NCBI RefSeq assembly: GCF_052425735.1
Contig: NC_135758.1
Coordinates: 16,988,001-17,052,000 of the forward strand
DNA from: Oculina patagonica
Lineage: Eukaryota
Length of the DNA: 64,000 nt
Reading direction: 5' to 3'
Shown here: positions 40,801 to 55,800 of the stretch, piece after piece
Layout: each line of letters starts with the position of its first letter
Position numbering within the stretch: position 1 is the stretch's first letter
Made by a program: the position numbers and the translations under genes
The notes under the pieces: generated by a model
What the model was told of the DNA's origin: nothing
What the model saw: only the letters and a program-made list of their open reading frames with translations
Database searches by the model: none

Positions 40801-43800
40801 GTTCCTCTTGGATTTGCTTCATTCAGTCAAATTCAGCAATTTTAACCCCCATGCAATGACTCAACTTTCAACCTTGGAGGTTCAAGAAAATATGATTCTT
40901 CTGTACTCCTATCAGATATTTGCCTTTATATCTTTTTGTTTTACAGTAGTACCTGGCAAACTTTAAGGACTCCTCAAGCTCCATTTGTTTCTTTTTTCGT
41001 TCCTCATCATCTTCAAACTCATTATCTTTTGCCTTTATGACAAATGGCAAGGGACCTTTTCCACGACCCACAGCTTCCACTACCTTGGCATCTGTTCCAT
41101 GAAGACCATAGCACAGCAGCTGTTTTGCAGCCTCATAGTTTTCTGGTACTCTCTCTACACACTCGTTAAGAACCCACAAACGATTTTTAACTTTACTCTG
41201 TAATGATAATACAACAATTTGTTAACATGCGGTTTTTTGTCAAATCAAGGGCCATTACTAAAAAGACATCTTCAATGATAACATTCCTTTTGATTTCAGA
41301 TATTACCGTACCCAAATTCGCAAGTAGCCAATCAGAAGCGCGATCTACTGTCCTGATATCCTACGATATCAAGTCGCTGACCTGATATGCCACCATATCA
41401 CGGTCACTTTGAAGTAAAGTAGTGTTACTGTACGCTGAATTGAAAAGAGGCTTTACGAATATACAGAACTTCGTAATTTAAATTAAGCGGTGTTTAGCAC
41501 TCGTAAAAAGAGAAAAACGTTCCCGCCAAAAAACTGAACTAAAGCGCGCTCGCCAATTGCGCTATGTTTGCCGAGTCGGAATTTCCAAATTTTTCGCTTA
41601 ATTTTGATTTTGAAAATTTAGAGAATGAAACTCTAAAGAAACGAGTGGGAAAAAAGGCAGAAGAGGAACTTACACAATTTGCAGTACGTACCTTGCAAGC
41701 ATGGCTTCAACAGAGCGATAAATATAACCGGATTTTTGGCTGAATTTGGGCTAATCGTACCTTTTTGGTACGCTTTGGCTGCATATCAGGCTCGTTTGGT
41801 CTCGCCATGGGTATTTTGGCTCAACTGTGTCTCGCCAAAATACGAACCATGGCTCGACCAAACTCACCTGATATGCTACCGAAGCGTACCAAAAAGGTAC
41901 GATTAGGTATAAGTATTAAAACTAGAAATAAATACAAAATTGATTTTATCTCTATCACACACACCAGGTAGTCATGAATTGATGCCACTGACACTCTGGA
42001 TTTTCTCCACTGCTTCTGATAAACCAAGTCACTATCAAGTCCGTAAGTCTGTGCAAGAACTAGAGCTTCACCATACTCTTCATGCTCAATCTAAAATAAT
42101 AAATTAATGATGTGGGAAAAAAAAAACAATTCTTCACAGGTAAATCAAAATTTCAATTATCCCTTTGCAAATGCATAAAAAACAGTGAGTATTCTTCTAC
42201 CTTCCTAGCGTATAGTTCCTCAGGTGTTGTGGATCTCAAGCACACAAGTCGATATGTACGGTGTAGAACTCTGAAGAAAAGTAACATCCTAAATTTAGTA
42301 ATTTAACTTAATCTAACTGCAAATCAAGAGTTTCTTTACTGTTATGAAACCACATGCTTTAAACCAAATGAGCAAGTTGTTTAAAAGGAAGTGACATTAC
42401 ATAAAAAAGCTCATACAACCATCCATGGCCCAATGCCAAAAAACATTTTTTATTGATGACACCGAGCATGGTGTCAAGCGACACAGCTAGTTCAGCTCTT
42501 ACATTTCTACAGAAACAAAATGAAGAATCATTATTCTGATAAAACGAAAAATGCAAGCATCTTGCACATACTTGCGTATCTTAATGGGTGGTTGAAATCT
42601 TTCACTTTCAGTTAAGAAAAACATCACCTAAAAGAACAAACAAATGAACTTCTTACCACATTGTAAGTGATCAATAATAAACTACAGAAATACATTTTCA
42701 GGCAAGTATGAACATTGTCTGCTATCACACTTATAATGAAACAAAAAGCACTAATGTATAATTTGGAAACATAACAGAAGTTGGCTGTCACGACTGCTTC
42801 CCACAAATATAACTACTACATGTAACTACGCAAACTCCTGTGTTTAAAATGTAAACTGTTAAACTTACTACACTCAAATAAGTAAAAGAAAAACAAAATA
42901 TTGGACACACATTACAGTATGTAGCGACACATATATGGAAAGCAGAATTAACCTGTTTAGCAAAATGTTTTGATCTTGACATCAGAGTTGGCTCATCATC
43001 ATCATCCTCGTCACCCTCTACCTCGCCATCTTCCTTCTCTACTTTCTCATCGTCATTGTCTTCATTACCAAGCAAAAGCTTGGATTGCAAGCTTTTGATT
43101 TCGTTTTCACACTATCAAAGAGAAAAATACATACCAATACATTACTATTATTTTGTTTTCTCGTATTCACCATGTCAGTACATTGCACTTCATGCTAACC
43201 ATTTCACATATTAACCATTTTGTATGCATGAGTTTTGGCTAAATCACAACATCCCAAGGTACATTAATTTTTTGGAGTGATAATTTTTCCCACATTTTTA
43301 TTTTTTTTGCACTGTATTTTAGCGATGCAGTTGTAAATAAAAACAAAAGCACACCTTTGAGACAATACAAAATTGTGATTCAGATCGAATTTGTTAAGCA
43401 AGTGGATTTTCAATATTCTATTCCTAAGCCATACTGTCCAACCATCGGAAAAATAGATCAAGGATTTTAACTAGTAAAAGTGCTGATGGAGCAGTTATAC
43501 TAACAGTATCAAATTCAATAATTGAATTAACGACTGACATGCTGCCACAATGTCTTCATAATGCAGTTTATAAAGAACCTCATTACTACTGTACAATTTG
43601 TGACTTCAAATTCTGTTTAAATTGTTTCAAAACTGCGAAGATCACATTGAGTAGTATTATCATTATCAGAGGGTCTCTCAGGCTTGTTACCTCCAAGATA
43701 AGAAATCCTTTATCATAAGCAGCAGTAATGCGAGACCATGGTTCACACATTTCTGGATGGCTACCAAGCAAGTTACGAAGACTGAAATGGAGACAAAAGT

Positions 43801-46800
43801 AACCAATGTTGGGATACAGTTTTTCACTTCCCATTAACTCATGCAAACAAGGTTTTTATGACAATTCCAAACACTTCAGGGCTTCTTTACTAAGGATGTT
43901 TCTCCCACTGAACATTCAAAACATTGATCATTTCCACACACCTTTGTTCTGTTGATGACACAGTCAATGCTCCAATGCTGTGGGACAAAATTAAAGCCTG
44001 GTGACAAAAAAAATAGCAAGCCTATAAAGACAATAGAACATGAACACTTTCACTGTCATTCATTTGAAACATACACTGGGAGATGGGGGGACGAGCACCT
44101 GACCTGTCCCTCTCCTCCCTTCTACTACAGGCCTGGACTGAGCAAGAAAACCTTATTAATCCTTGGACATCATGCATTGACCTGGAGGGATACAGATAAA
44201 ACCTTTAGGGCTATTTTGGTGGAACAAAAATAACTAATACATAATTATGCTCATAGATCAGAAAGAGTATTCTAACAAGAAAACATTGAGAGGCGTGGGG
44301 GACTAATGGTTAGCACACTGGACTCTGGATTGAGTGATCTGGGTTCAAGCCCTAGCTGGGGCCATTGTGTTGTGTTCTTGGGCAAGACACTTTTCTCTCG
44401 CATTGCGTCTCTCGATCCATCCAGGTGTAAAAATTGGTACCTGCATTTTAATGCTGGGGTAACCCTGTAATGGGGTAGCATCCCATCCAAGGAGGAGTGG
44501 AAATACAAGCTGTTAACTGCTGTGAAAACCTGGATAAGCTCCGACAAGGGACACTTTGGTCTGCCGCAGACTTTACCTAACACTAACTGTCCATCTGGCA
44601 CAAAACACTGGCACCTGACCTGTAATGCTCCATCCTTTGGTTGAATTAAAAAGATATCTTTTGGCACTGATTTGATACAAAATGTTAAATATGTATATAT
44701 TAAGTAATTACCAAGCAGTGTTTTATAGTTTTTCTCGCTTGTCCTGAGTTCAAATCCTCGACCACGCTTTGTATATAGCCAACTGGTCTGCCTCCTGCCA
44801 GTTGGGATTTTTAACCTTGTTATGTTCAATTAAAATTATTTGTTTCCTCTGTTTCAGTGGCATGCCTGTAAACTAGCTATCTCGTTGAGATATGAAGCTA
44901 AGTGCATGACCACTATAAACATATTATCATCATCATCATTATTATTATTATTATTATCTCACCTCCTCAGTCCACCAATTGATATCCATTAAACCATAAA
45001 AGGAAGAATCTGACGACATATACAGAGGAGATAGTGTTAATTAGATCAGAAAAGGGCAAAAAGAACAACAACCTACATTGTACCAATCACACGACAGAAG
45101 CCTTCCCTCTGTATGTTTTGTTGTGCATTAACAAGTTTAAAACAGTATTACGAATTGAAAAGAAAGAGTTCAGTGCTAAATGTTTTGTTAGCTTATACAA
45201 AGTTGTAAATCAGATGACTTCTAACTAATGGTACAAGAATGATTTACCAACCCTTGTGAGAATCCAATGGTTTTGACACTGAAAATCCAGGACGTTCTTC
45301 ATCACTTTTAACTGGAGGCTGGCAGAGATAAAAGAATTAAGGTCTTGAGTCCTGTTAACTATGTACTGTAGACAAGCCAATAAAAAAGGCTAGTGACTAG
45401 TGCTACCTGTGTTTTCCTTTGCTACATCTTACAGTTGTATACAACTGATATGTTAGTTACAGCTTACAGCTGGTTGTGATTGCTGCACAGACTTTTAGCC
45501 AACAGCTCCAGAATATTATATTTCTCACTATTCTAGCAGTCCATTATTCATTGAACCAATAAATTAACAATGTGTGGTAAATTTTGGCAACTTCTTTCTC
45601 GGACAAAATTAATTAGCTGAATGGAGTACAAAATTGTACAATTCCCGATCAATAAGTAATCAGACACATACTTCCAATAATTTTAAATTAAAAGCAACTC
45701 TTCTCTCTGAATTGTATAGCATGAGGTAGAATTTCCAAACAATTCTAAACTATATTAAAAAAACAAAGTCAGGGTAGGACAGTTGACTATGTGAAGCATG
45801 TACTTTTTGGTAAAAAGTCAGTGATCAAACCTAAAAGGACCGTTATATGCCCTACAACTTTGAAGAGGTTTTGGGTGGGCTTATAACGGGGAGGGCTTAT
45901 ATCTGGGTTGTTGACGTCTTATGCCGATACACTGGTTATATAGACGTGAAGAAAGAAAAAAAAAAAACAGTAAAATACAGCAGGAGCTTATATGCAGGCA
46001 GCATAAAAAAAACTGTCCAAAACTGAGCTGAGTAAGTTCACTTACATGTGTTTTATGTAAAAGAACGATAACTTTTATGTGTCTAATTACAGAGAGCTGT
46101 AATTCAATAGTAGCATGATTGTATTCCAATTTTCAAACAGGTAGATATAGTTGTCTTAGCTACTGCAAGTTATTGGCAAGGAGCCCCCTTTAAATATTAC
46201 CTGGTCATCTTGGGACCACGTTCTCTGATGCCTGAGTGACGGCACTTGCCACAAAGACAAGGTCCCTGATAAATGTAGGGCAGCAAGTTTGGTGCCATCT
46301 GGTGACAGGGACATGTAAACCACACCATCCTAAATGGAACCAATAGATTATTGCAGTGTGAGTACAGTAGAGTCCTACCTTACAACCACCTGAATGATAC
46401 AATCACTTTGTTATAACTGCCACTCTTCAGTTATTCATCATTTTTTTAAAATTAAGAATCTCTTTTATAAGGCCATCCTCTTAATAGGACAGGTTCACTG
46501 TTGGTTGGATAATGGGATTCACTAGGGTTCTTGACAACAGCTTCACTTGGTAATAGTAATACACAATTAAGCAGATTCATGTTGTGTGTCAACCCAAGGA
46601 TACAAAAACAAACACTGACAAATGGAAAATACTAAAAACATCTTTTACTAATAAAGTTTTATATCCAGTGCATTACAAACAAACATTATTGCTGTATAAA
46701 GCGAGTTTTGAAGATAACTTGTAGATGTCAGTTCAATTTTACTGTTTGTACAATGTGGTGTCTTCCTTTGTTTTATGTTCATTATCATATTATACTATAC

Positions 46801-49800
46801 ACCAGAACAAACTGTACCATGAGAGAAACTGAACCACCATAAACATACGTATAAAGCAAAGAGATTTCTAACCTGCCCTTCAGTTCCTGGATTAAGTAGT
46901 GGAAGACTCCTAAGCCTGTTTAATATCCCGGAACCAGCCTACACCATAAACATATGAAACGTGACGTCAGTGCTGGATGACTGCAAAATGTCGTCTAGCG
47001 CTATTTTACAGCATCCTCATTGAAACATTATCACAATACAGTTTAGATCAGGAGTTACAAACAATGGAAAGTCAATTAAATCAATTTGTCAGTTGATTGG
47101 GTTTATAGAGGCTGCCACTAACCTTAATAAACTTAGTGCCTTCATCTTCAATGAGATTATAATGAGGATATCCTGAGAGAATCCTCCAGGCAGTTAAACC
47201 ACACTGAGAAGCTGGGCAAGACATGTCTGTTTTTAAACAAAACAAAAAACAATGATATGTTCATTTAGTTGAATTATTATTAAGTGTCCACCCTTGGGGA
47301 AAATAAGAAGGTCATCATTTAGCTTTGTGCAGTGTTCTCCCTAGTTTTCAGCACAGCAGGTAAGAAATTTTTTAAAACCGGTAAAGAAATTCCGGTAAAT
47401 CCCAGCCGTTTTCTAGTTTACCTAAATGGAACAGAATGTTGTCCAAATGCTGGACAAATTTTATTTCATGACAACTTTATTATGGCCTTGCAGACCTCTT
47501 TCGCCTGCTATAAAGCCTAAGAAAAATTGCATAAAATCTTCTGTTGTTTTGAGGAGATACATTTGCTGTCGCTTACATGACGTACTACTTAAAAAATCGG
47601 CGGTCCTGTTTCCTCTTTGCTACGAATTGCTGCAGCTCTTTTTTTCTTTGCTTCGAATACTCAGCATTCACAACAGCCTTGTTACAAAGTTGTATTCTGA
47701 GTGCTTCTTTTAACCTGTCATCTGGATTTTGTTTTAAACACTTACGAACTTATGAGAAGAATTTGACATTGAAAGCTGCCTTTGACTTCACCACGTGTCA
47801 GCTACGGTCAACTAAGCAATCAACTTTTTATTGCATTTTGCATGTTTTTGAAAACTGAACTATTTTTATGTAAGTAATATTTCTCACTTCTGGAATTATT
47901 TTAACCTCTTTGCCTTTGTGATTGTTTTTTACGATCTACTCTAGCAAGCTATTCGAGGTGATAAAGGATCATCTTCCTGTGGCACACGCGTATGCAGACG
48001 ACACACAACTCTACTTGTCCTTCAAGCCAGTCTCTACATCTAGTCAATCTGAAGCAATTGAAGCAATGGAACTTTGCATAAAGGCGATCCGAGCGTGGAT
48101 GATTACTGATAAGTTAAAGCTAAATGACGACAAAACCGAATTCCTAATAATTGGCACGAGACAACAGCTTAACAAGGTGAACATCGAGAAGTTATCAGTT
48201 GGTGATGTCAGTGTTGCTCCTGTTGCTGCTGCAAGAAATCTTGGAACTTGGTTTGACACCAACCTTAGTTTAGTGACACACATTACTAAGACATGTAGGG
48301 CTGCTTTTTATCACTTGCACAACATAAGACGCATCAGGAAGTTTCTTTCGATTGAGTCTACCAAAACGCTGGTCCATGCATTGATAATGGGGCGTATCGA
48401 CTACTGTAACAGTCTCCTCTATGGTTTACCGTCCACCCATATCATAAAGTTGCAACGCGTGCAAAATGCAGCTGCTAGGCTTATATGCTTACTCCACGTT
48501 TTAGTCACATAACTCCGGTTTTATATTTTTTACATTGGTTACCCGTTAAATTCAGAATTGATTTTAAAGTTTTAATTATTACTTTTAAAGCAATACATGG
48601 CAGAGCGCCGAACTACATTATCGATCTTATTGACATTAAGAGTCCCTCTATGTACGGTCTTCGTTCGAATTCGGAACTACTTCTCGCACCATCCTCCATA
48701 AAGACAAAGAAGACACTAGGTGACAGAGCTTTTTCGGCTGCTGCTCCAACGCTCTGGAATCAATTGCCGAGCGAAATAAGACACGAGGAGAATTTTAACC
48801 TTTTTAAATCAAAACTGAAGACATTTTTATTTAGGAAAGCGTATAAGTAAGATCATTTTAATATCTATTAATTAAATTAATTATTTTATCTCTTTTTAGT
48901 CATATGTACGTTATTGTAAATAGCTAGTTTTTAAAACTCTTATATTCTTAGTATTTTTTTAATTTTTTTTTTTTAATTTTTTAATTTGTTTTTCTTCTAT
49001 ATATTTGTAAGGCGCAGTTGGTCATATTTACATGTTAATTTGCGCCTTAGAAATCTTAAATATTATTATTATTATTATTATTTTCAATGGACAAAGTGGA
49101 AGGACAGCAAGGATTGCTGCCACTTCATTGTGGAAACGATCGTAGAAACTGTGCAACAACAGATGTGCACTTGCCGCGAAGTGAAAAAGACCAGCAAAAC
49201 TTGCTCTTTCTTCGATACCAGCCCTCAGAGATTCAGAAAGCGAAGGGAAATAAAGAATATTGAATACTTAAGTACAAATACGTAAATGAATACCGTATTG
49301 CATTTGTCGCTGTTTATTTTCAATATGTTATTTTATATTTTCAATCATGACTACGAAGATGAAACGAGTGGAGTTACTAAAGTTGCTATTTACCTGTTGA
49401 ATTTACAGGATATCTTAGCGATTCTAGGCGGTAAAGAGTCGTGTTACAAGCGGTAAATTTTACCGGTTACCGCCTGACAATCTTATCTGTCATCAGCTTT
49501 TTTGAAAACAAGACCAGACTACATGTATTAAATTCCTTGCAGCCACTTTATAATATTAGTGGTAAAAATTTTAACTCTCACCAGGATGACCAAAAAGCAG
49601 CCACAGCCAAGCAATGTGGCATGGCAAAAAGTAAAGCTTTCAGTGTGCATCTTTCTGATAACACTCGCTTTTCTTGCTTCTTTCTTGCTTTTAAACTTTC
49701 AAATCAGCATCAGCCGAAATTATTAAAGGAAAGCGTAAATAGGCAATTTAAGTTTCACGAGTGCAATAATTAAGTCACCTGTTGAATTGCTCAGCCCTTG

Positions 49801-52800
49801 TCCTATAAGACTGCCAACAATCAACAAGCTGTGCTGAGGATGGTAAACAACACTGCAAACTCCATGAGGCAAAACATTGGCAAAAGAAAAACTGTGATTC
49901 TCTTGAAAATTTGTAGAGCTGTAAGAAAGACATTAAATGGTTACCCAGCTATCATCATTCTCATTACTTACCTAAGATACAATTTTTAATTACTTCTGTC
50001 ATGTTTTCGAACTTTCAACAACTCTCAACAAAAGGCAAACAGTAAACACAGCTAAATTATACTCTTAGGTTAACTTTTTTTAAGACGGAACTCAACCTGT
50101 TACAATCCGATATTAATGGGAAAAACTTATATCCTCCATTGATTAACTTGGGTCAATAAATATTGACTTCATTAGAATCCTCGATCAGTCAGTGTGACCT
50201 ATGAGTAACAACATGCCATGACTTTGTACAGAGTACTTTTTTTAATTTGGTGATTTGAGGAACATAGAGAAAGGAGTAAGGAGAAATAAAGTAGTTCCGT
50301 CCTTAAAAAAAAACATGTACAATATATAACGTTCAATGTACACACAAACCTGACCAAATAATTCTTCAGCACACCACAGTAATTTATCACTAACAGCTCG
50401 GCAGACCTGAAAAAGAACATTCAGTTAAGGAAACGTTATTATTATTTTTTTATAAAAGACGATGTTACAAATTGCATCCTTTACACTTTGCACTTTTAAA
50501 ATAACCCTCCGATATTGCTACGTCACCACATCCCCTACGTTTGTTTTATTGAGTGTTTGTTTTCGTTATTCTAGGGTGCTCTCATCATAACTTTGGCCAC
50601 GCTAACAAAGATCGTTTGTAATGCCAGCCGTTTCCTTATAAAGGAGTTCAGAGTTCATTATATGAGGGCAACTGTTGCTGTATTTGTGACCTTTCATAAT
50701 GATACATATTCTGCATGTTTAGCCAAGAACATCACAACTATATGTTACAATGTTGATCAGAATCTTACCATTGTGAGCTATGTTTGTGATCAATAAAAGC
50801 CAGTCCAGCTATACAATCACTGAGATCTGAAGGAATAGTCCCAACAGGCTAGAAAAGACAATCACGACATTGTGAAATTAGTTCTTCAAATCACCTTTAG
50901 TGAACTGGGACACTTGGAACAAAATTACCCAAAGAATAGTGAGCTTTTTTTTAATAAATGAACCAACATGGTTAATGATTACAAACAATAGTTTTATTAA
51001 TGACAAAATTGAAACCTAACACGATTGCAGAAAGTTGCAGATATCTTAAAGAAACTTCGTCATTTTATTATTAGCTACTTTCGATCTTTAATTTTGAGCA
51101 GTCTTCAATGCTCTTGGTTTGGCCTTCACAAAAGGAGTTTTCTCAAGGTAAATTTTTGGAGTAAAGGTAAGGTAAAGGTAAAGTCTGCATATGAGCCTAC
51201 TGGCCACACAGGCCGGAGCTTATCCCGGTTTCCATAGCATAAATCAGCTAGGAGCACCCGCCGTAGTTCCACCGACTACTTGATTTTATGTCATCGGTTA
51301 CTTTGGCCATAGCAATCAGCTTGTGACAAACAAGCATGGCTTGTCACAGCTGCCTACTCTTCCAGCTGCTCACGCCTACTTCAAAACATTTTGAAATCCC
51401 TGCCTGGATGGGATGCTTGTCCATAGCACTCGGCAGGGTTAACCCCACCATTAAATTTGCCCGTACCCATTTATATACCTGGGTGAAGAGAGGCACTATG
51501 AGAGTTACCGGTCAGTGTCTTGCCCAAGAACACAAAACAGTGTCCAGCAAGGGGTTGAACTGAGACTGCTTGATCTGAAGTCAAGCACACTAACCATTAG
51601 GCCATGCCTCCCTTTTGGAGTAAAAAGATCAAAAAATTGTGGTAACTCTGTGCCATGAATGCAATCTGTAGAAGGTATAAGGCATAGAGGAGCCAATAAG
51701 TCGACAAATTCGGGTAAAACAGACTTTTATTTGCCTTCACTTGGTTTCAAATTTTGTTGTTGCATTATTGTCTCAATGTCAAGTGCTGCTCTCTTTACGA
51801 AAAAGATCACCATCGTAATTAATGTTTTGATTGGTTGATTTTTCCCAAGTGGCCTGGTTTAAGTAGTAACACTGTAAATCAAGTAAGTTGAATATTGTAT
51901 AGCTTACCTGGGAAATTGTGAAGAGTAGTTCCCCTGCAAGATCAAATACCACTATGTCTCCAGAGCTACAAAACAAAATAAAAGAAAAAATGTAACTCAT
52001 AGCGCATAGACAATATGTAGAATTTGTTAGTGATAGAAAGACAGCTATTAGTGCATGCTTTCCTAAGGAGTATATTTTTTGAAATAATAAGCAACATGCA
52101 AATTACAAACCTATAAGAACAAGCCAACATAGAACAGTCCTGACTCCAAGCCAGCTTTCTCCATTGTGGACAGTTGTCTTCGTCAACTGAAACAAAAACA
52201 TCAAGGAAAATGTTACCTTGCATGTAGCTAATGATTCATAAATTTCACAGAATGTTGTGCAGAGACTGACACTGCAACAACAACAACAAAACCTTTATTT
52301 AGACACGATGGGAAAAAAGCTACATAGCGTGTGGGGTCAGTAACATTTGCAAGATCAAATGTTACTGATAATTATTTCACAAATCAAGTTAACGGTTGAC
52401 TGGCTGGATGGTCCATTAGCATGCTGTATTCAAGACATGTCCAGAGCATTGACATAATAGATGTTCTTAGTAATCATGGAGCTTTGACAAGAGGATCCTC
52501 AGTTTGCTAACATAAAACTCTCTGTCAATAAGAAGCTGAGTGTAAATCTGAAGTCAATTTAAAAAAAAAGTGATTCGATCCTCATGCTGAGCATGCAAAG
52601 TTAAAGATTTTGCTATCCTGAGAGGTAAGGTACTATCAAGTTTCATGTAGAGTCATTAATGATCAGAGTTCTTATTCTCAATACTAATTTTCTTTCCAAC
52701 AACAATAATTTATTATTTATACTCCAATTGTCTCTGGTACATTAACAACTGCATTTTATTATATAAACTGCAGTGTTTTAGCGAGTGGTAGCAAATCGAG

Positions 52801-55800
52801 AAAAATGGTATCACACATGTGTGGATAAAAATGATATCCACACATGTGTGATATCATTTTGACCAAACAGCTTGCAGAGTTTGCCATGTTTCAATGCTCA
52901 ATGGGCCAAAGTAAATTGATCTTAAGTCGAAACATCTTCGGATCTTCCTCAGCAATCTTCGGAATCTTCGGAAATTTTCGGAAAATGTTCGGAATCATTC
53001 GTACAACCTTCGGACAACATTTTGAAAATTTTCGGAAATCTTCGGAAAATGGTCGGAAATCTTCGGAAAATCGTAAAAAACATCGTAATTAGTAGGTTTA
53101 TATAATAAAAAGAATAATACATGGTTGCTTGGAGATATGAAATTTATCTTCTCGTGTTCAAACCCGATATCTCACTCGTTCGCTGCGCTCACTCGTGAGC
53201 TATCGATTTGAACACTCGAAGATAAATTTCATACCTCCGCGCAACCATGTATTATCCTCTATATCATTTATGCTCTATGGAAGATGGGTGACTGGCATGT
53301 CTGATGTCTGAGGGCCAACCAGCCCTTTTACAGTAAACTGCTCCTATGGCTGACAATCCCTGCAACCCAGCCATGAGTCGCAATGCAGAGTCATCTGGGC
53401 ACCCATCACATTGACTTAACAGTGCAGTGTGGAAGGGGGACATACACTGTAAAGGTAACCATCTGCCATGCCATGTCATGCCCACACTGATGTACTCTGC
53501 AGGAGTGTTTTGAGCCTGTGCTTAATACATGTACATTTTCATTCTGCTGACTGTCAGATGAACACCAGCTTCCCTTTGTTGTTAGCTTAATTAAATTACA
53601 ACTAACAGCATAAAAGGCAATGTCAGATGGGTTTGTCTACAAGAAAAATGTTGTAGTCCAAATTGTACACCTACCAGCACATTTTGCAACAACTGATTCA
53701 AAGTCATCTACAAATGATCTACACAAAAGAAAAACAATATTCAGTGCCTATTTAGTAGAATTGAAAGGATTTTGATTTTAATAAAACAGAGAACTTGTGT
53801 TGAAAACATTTTGCAATTAATTTTGGACTCAGTTTTTTAGATAAAATTGAACTATGAAGTTTATTATACAGCTGTTGTTATATAACAGTTATGCTGTTAT
53901 ACAGTTATAATTATGATATTACCTTATTTCAATAAAACTGTCTTGAAGTACTGCAAGGAGCTTCCCATCACTAAAGAAAAACAATACAAAAAAGTGAGAC
54001 AAATTGCATGTCAATACAATGCACATGGTTTAAACTTGTTTTGGTTATGTTTTGTTTTCTATCTTTTAGACATATGTTCTGCTGATTTAGAAAGTATCGA
54101 AACTTGCCTGGTAACATGACTCTGAAAAATGTACTTCTCTAAGTCTAGTTTAAACATGTACAAGGATGTGCTCTAAGACAAATTACAAGGAGCCCAAAGG
54201 TTCCAAACTATGAGATCCAGGGTGCCCAGCATAAAGCTTATATGAAAGAAATAAGATTATCTGGTCGCCCAAAGACCAAAGTTAGTCACCTGAGGCACCC
54301 AGGCACCCTTAGAGCACAGCCGTGATGTATCATGTTTTACGTACTAAAATGTACCTGGATAAGGCAAACTGCCAACTGAGTGAACTGTTGATGATTTTAT
54401 ATAGCTGTGCTGGGAGGCCAAGAATCTGATTGCTGCCACTGAAATTGAATAAAACATTAATTTTTACATATATGCCATGAACTAAATATAAAACAATATC
54501 ATCATTACATGACATAAGAGGGTTGTAGGGCAATTTATTTCCAACTGGGTGTCGTAAAACCAAAACCAACGTAAGCACTCTGACCAATCATAAAGGTCAC
54601 AAACAATCCAATGAACCAATCAAAACTCAAACAAATACTTAAAAGTGCCTCGCAAAATTTGGTTTGGCTGTACTTCTAATTGGATGAGAAAGTGGTATGA
54701 AGTTTTTTGTTCCCTAAGAAGTGTTTCAAGTTCCAATCAATTTTAGATCTTTTGATTATAAATTCTGAAATAAAAATGAAAAATTGAGCTCAGTTTTAGC
54801 CCTGGAGAGGTAAACAATAAAAAAATATCACTTCAATAGCATTAGGAAAATTGTCTTTAAAGAATGTACATGTATACTTATTACAATTCATCAAATGTTT
54901 TCTTGAGGAATTAACTGATGATACCCCCAAGTAATATCCCTGCATTTTGTGCTGTTGCATTTAGTTTTCATCTCAAATTATTTGTAATTTGAATGGAAAA
55001 ACCGGTAAATGTTCTGAACTGATTAGCAATATTTTCTGATCACCAAAGAATTAATTTGACATTGACAACTTGGAAGAGAGGTCTCTCATAAAGAGCAGTA
55101 TGGTGTAAAAATATTTGAAAGATAACACAACAGTCTCCCTCCATCTGACCTCAAAAATATGCAAACTTGTAAATTTGTCCTTGGACATTATCTGTTCCTT
55201 GAGCTTCGTTTTTGGAAAACTGTTTTTTATATCTACAGGTGCATACCGTATTTTTGTGTCAATTGGCAGTTATCGTTTCCATATAGAATTCCATATTTTA
55301 AATCTACACATGTAAAATCTTCTCAGGCATTTACAAAAGCCAAAATGAATTACCTTATAGTATACTGAATACCCCTCAGCAACCACCAAAAGGAATCTAG
55401 AAAAAGGGAAAAAGAAACTGCTTTTGAGAATACATGCTATAAAACAAAAAGTATGTAACATTCAGTGCAACATGTTTATAGCGAGATACAGTCAAGGAGG
55501 CTAAATTCTAAATCTAGTCACTACCAAACTTATTTGTTACATGTCCACTTCTTTCAAAAACATCCACCTAATTTTGTTTGTATAATTAACCAAATTGAAT
55601 GTGGAAGTCTTTTTCGGTCAACTGCACCATAGAGAGATAGTTAGTACCGGTAGTTAGTCCCTCCAGGATCAAGTGAACATCTCATATTAACAGGTGGCTA
55701 TTTTATACCATGTCACTCAAACAATAATATTGCTCTAGATTGATAAATAAATAAATAAACAGACAAACAAACAAAAAAAAAACAAATAAATAAATAAACA

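Noticed and set aside
44272-44829. 185-aa minus-strand ORF
   Set aside because: Runs antisense through two SINEs and is a chance open frame.
49779-49918. Apparent frameshift in an NBAS exon
   Set aside because: Recounting the A-run gives an intact frame (FSFANVLPHGVCSVVYHP).
52935-53072. CRISPR-like repeat array
   Set aside because: Short degenerate TTCGGA units with no unique spacers, eukaryotic context and no cas genes.
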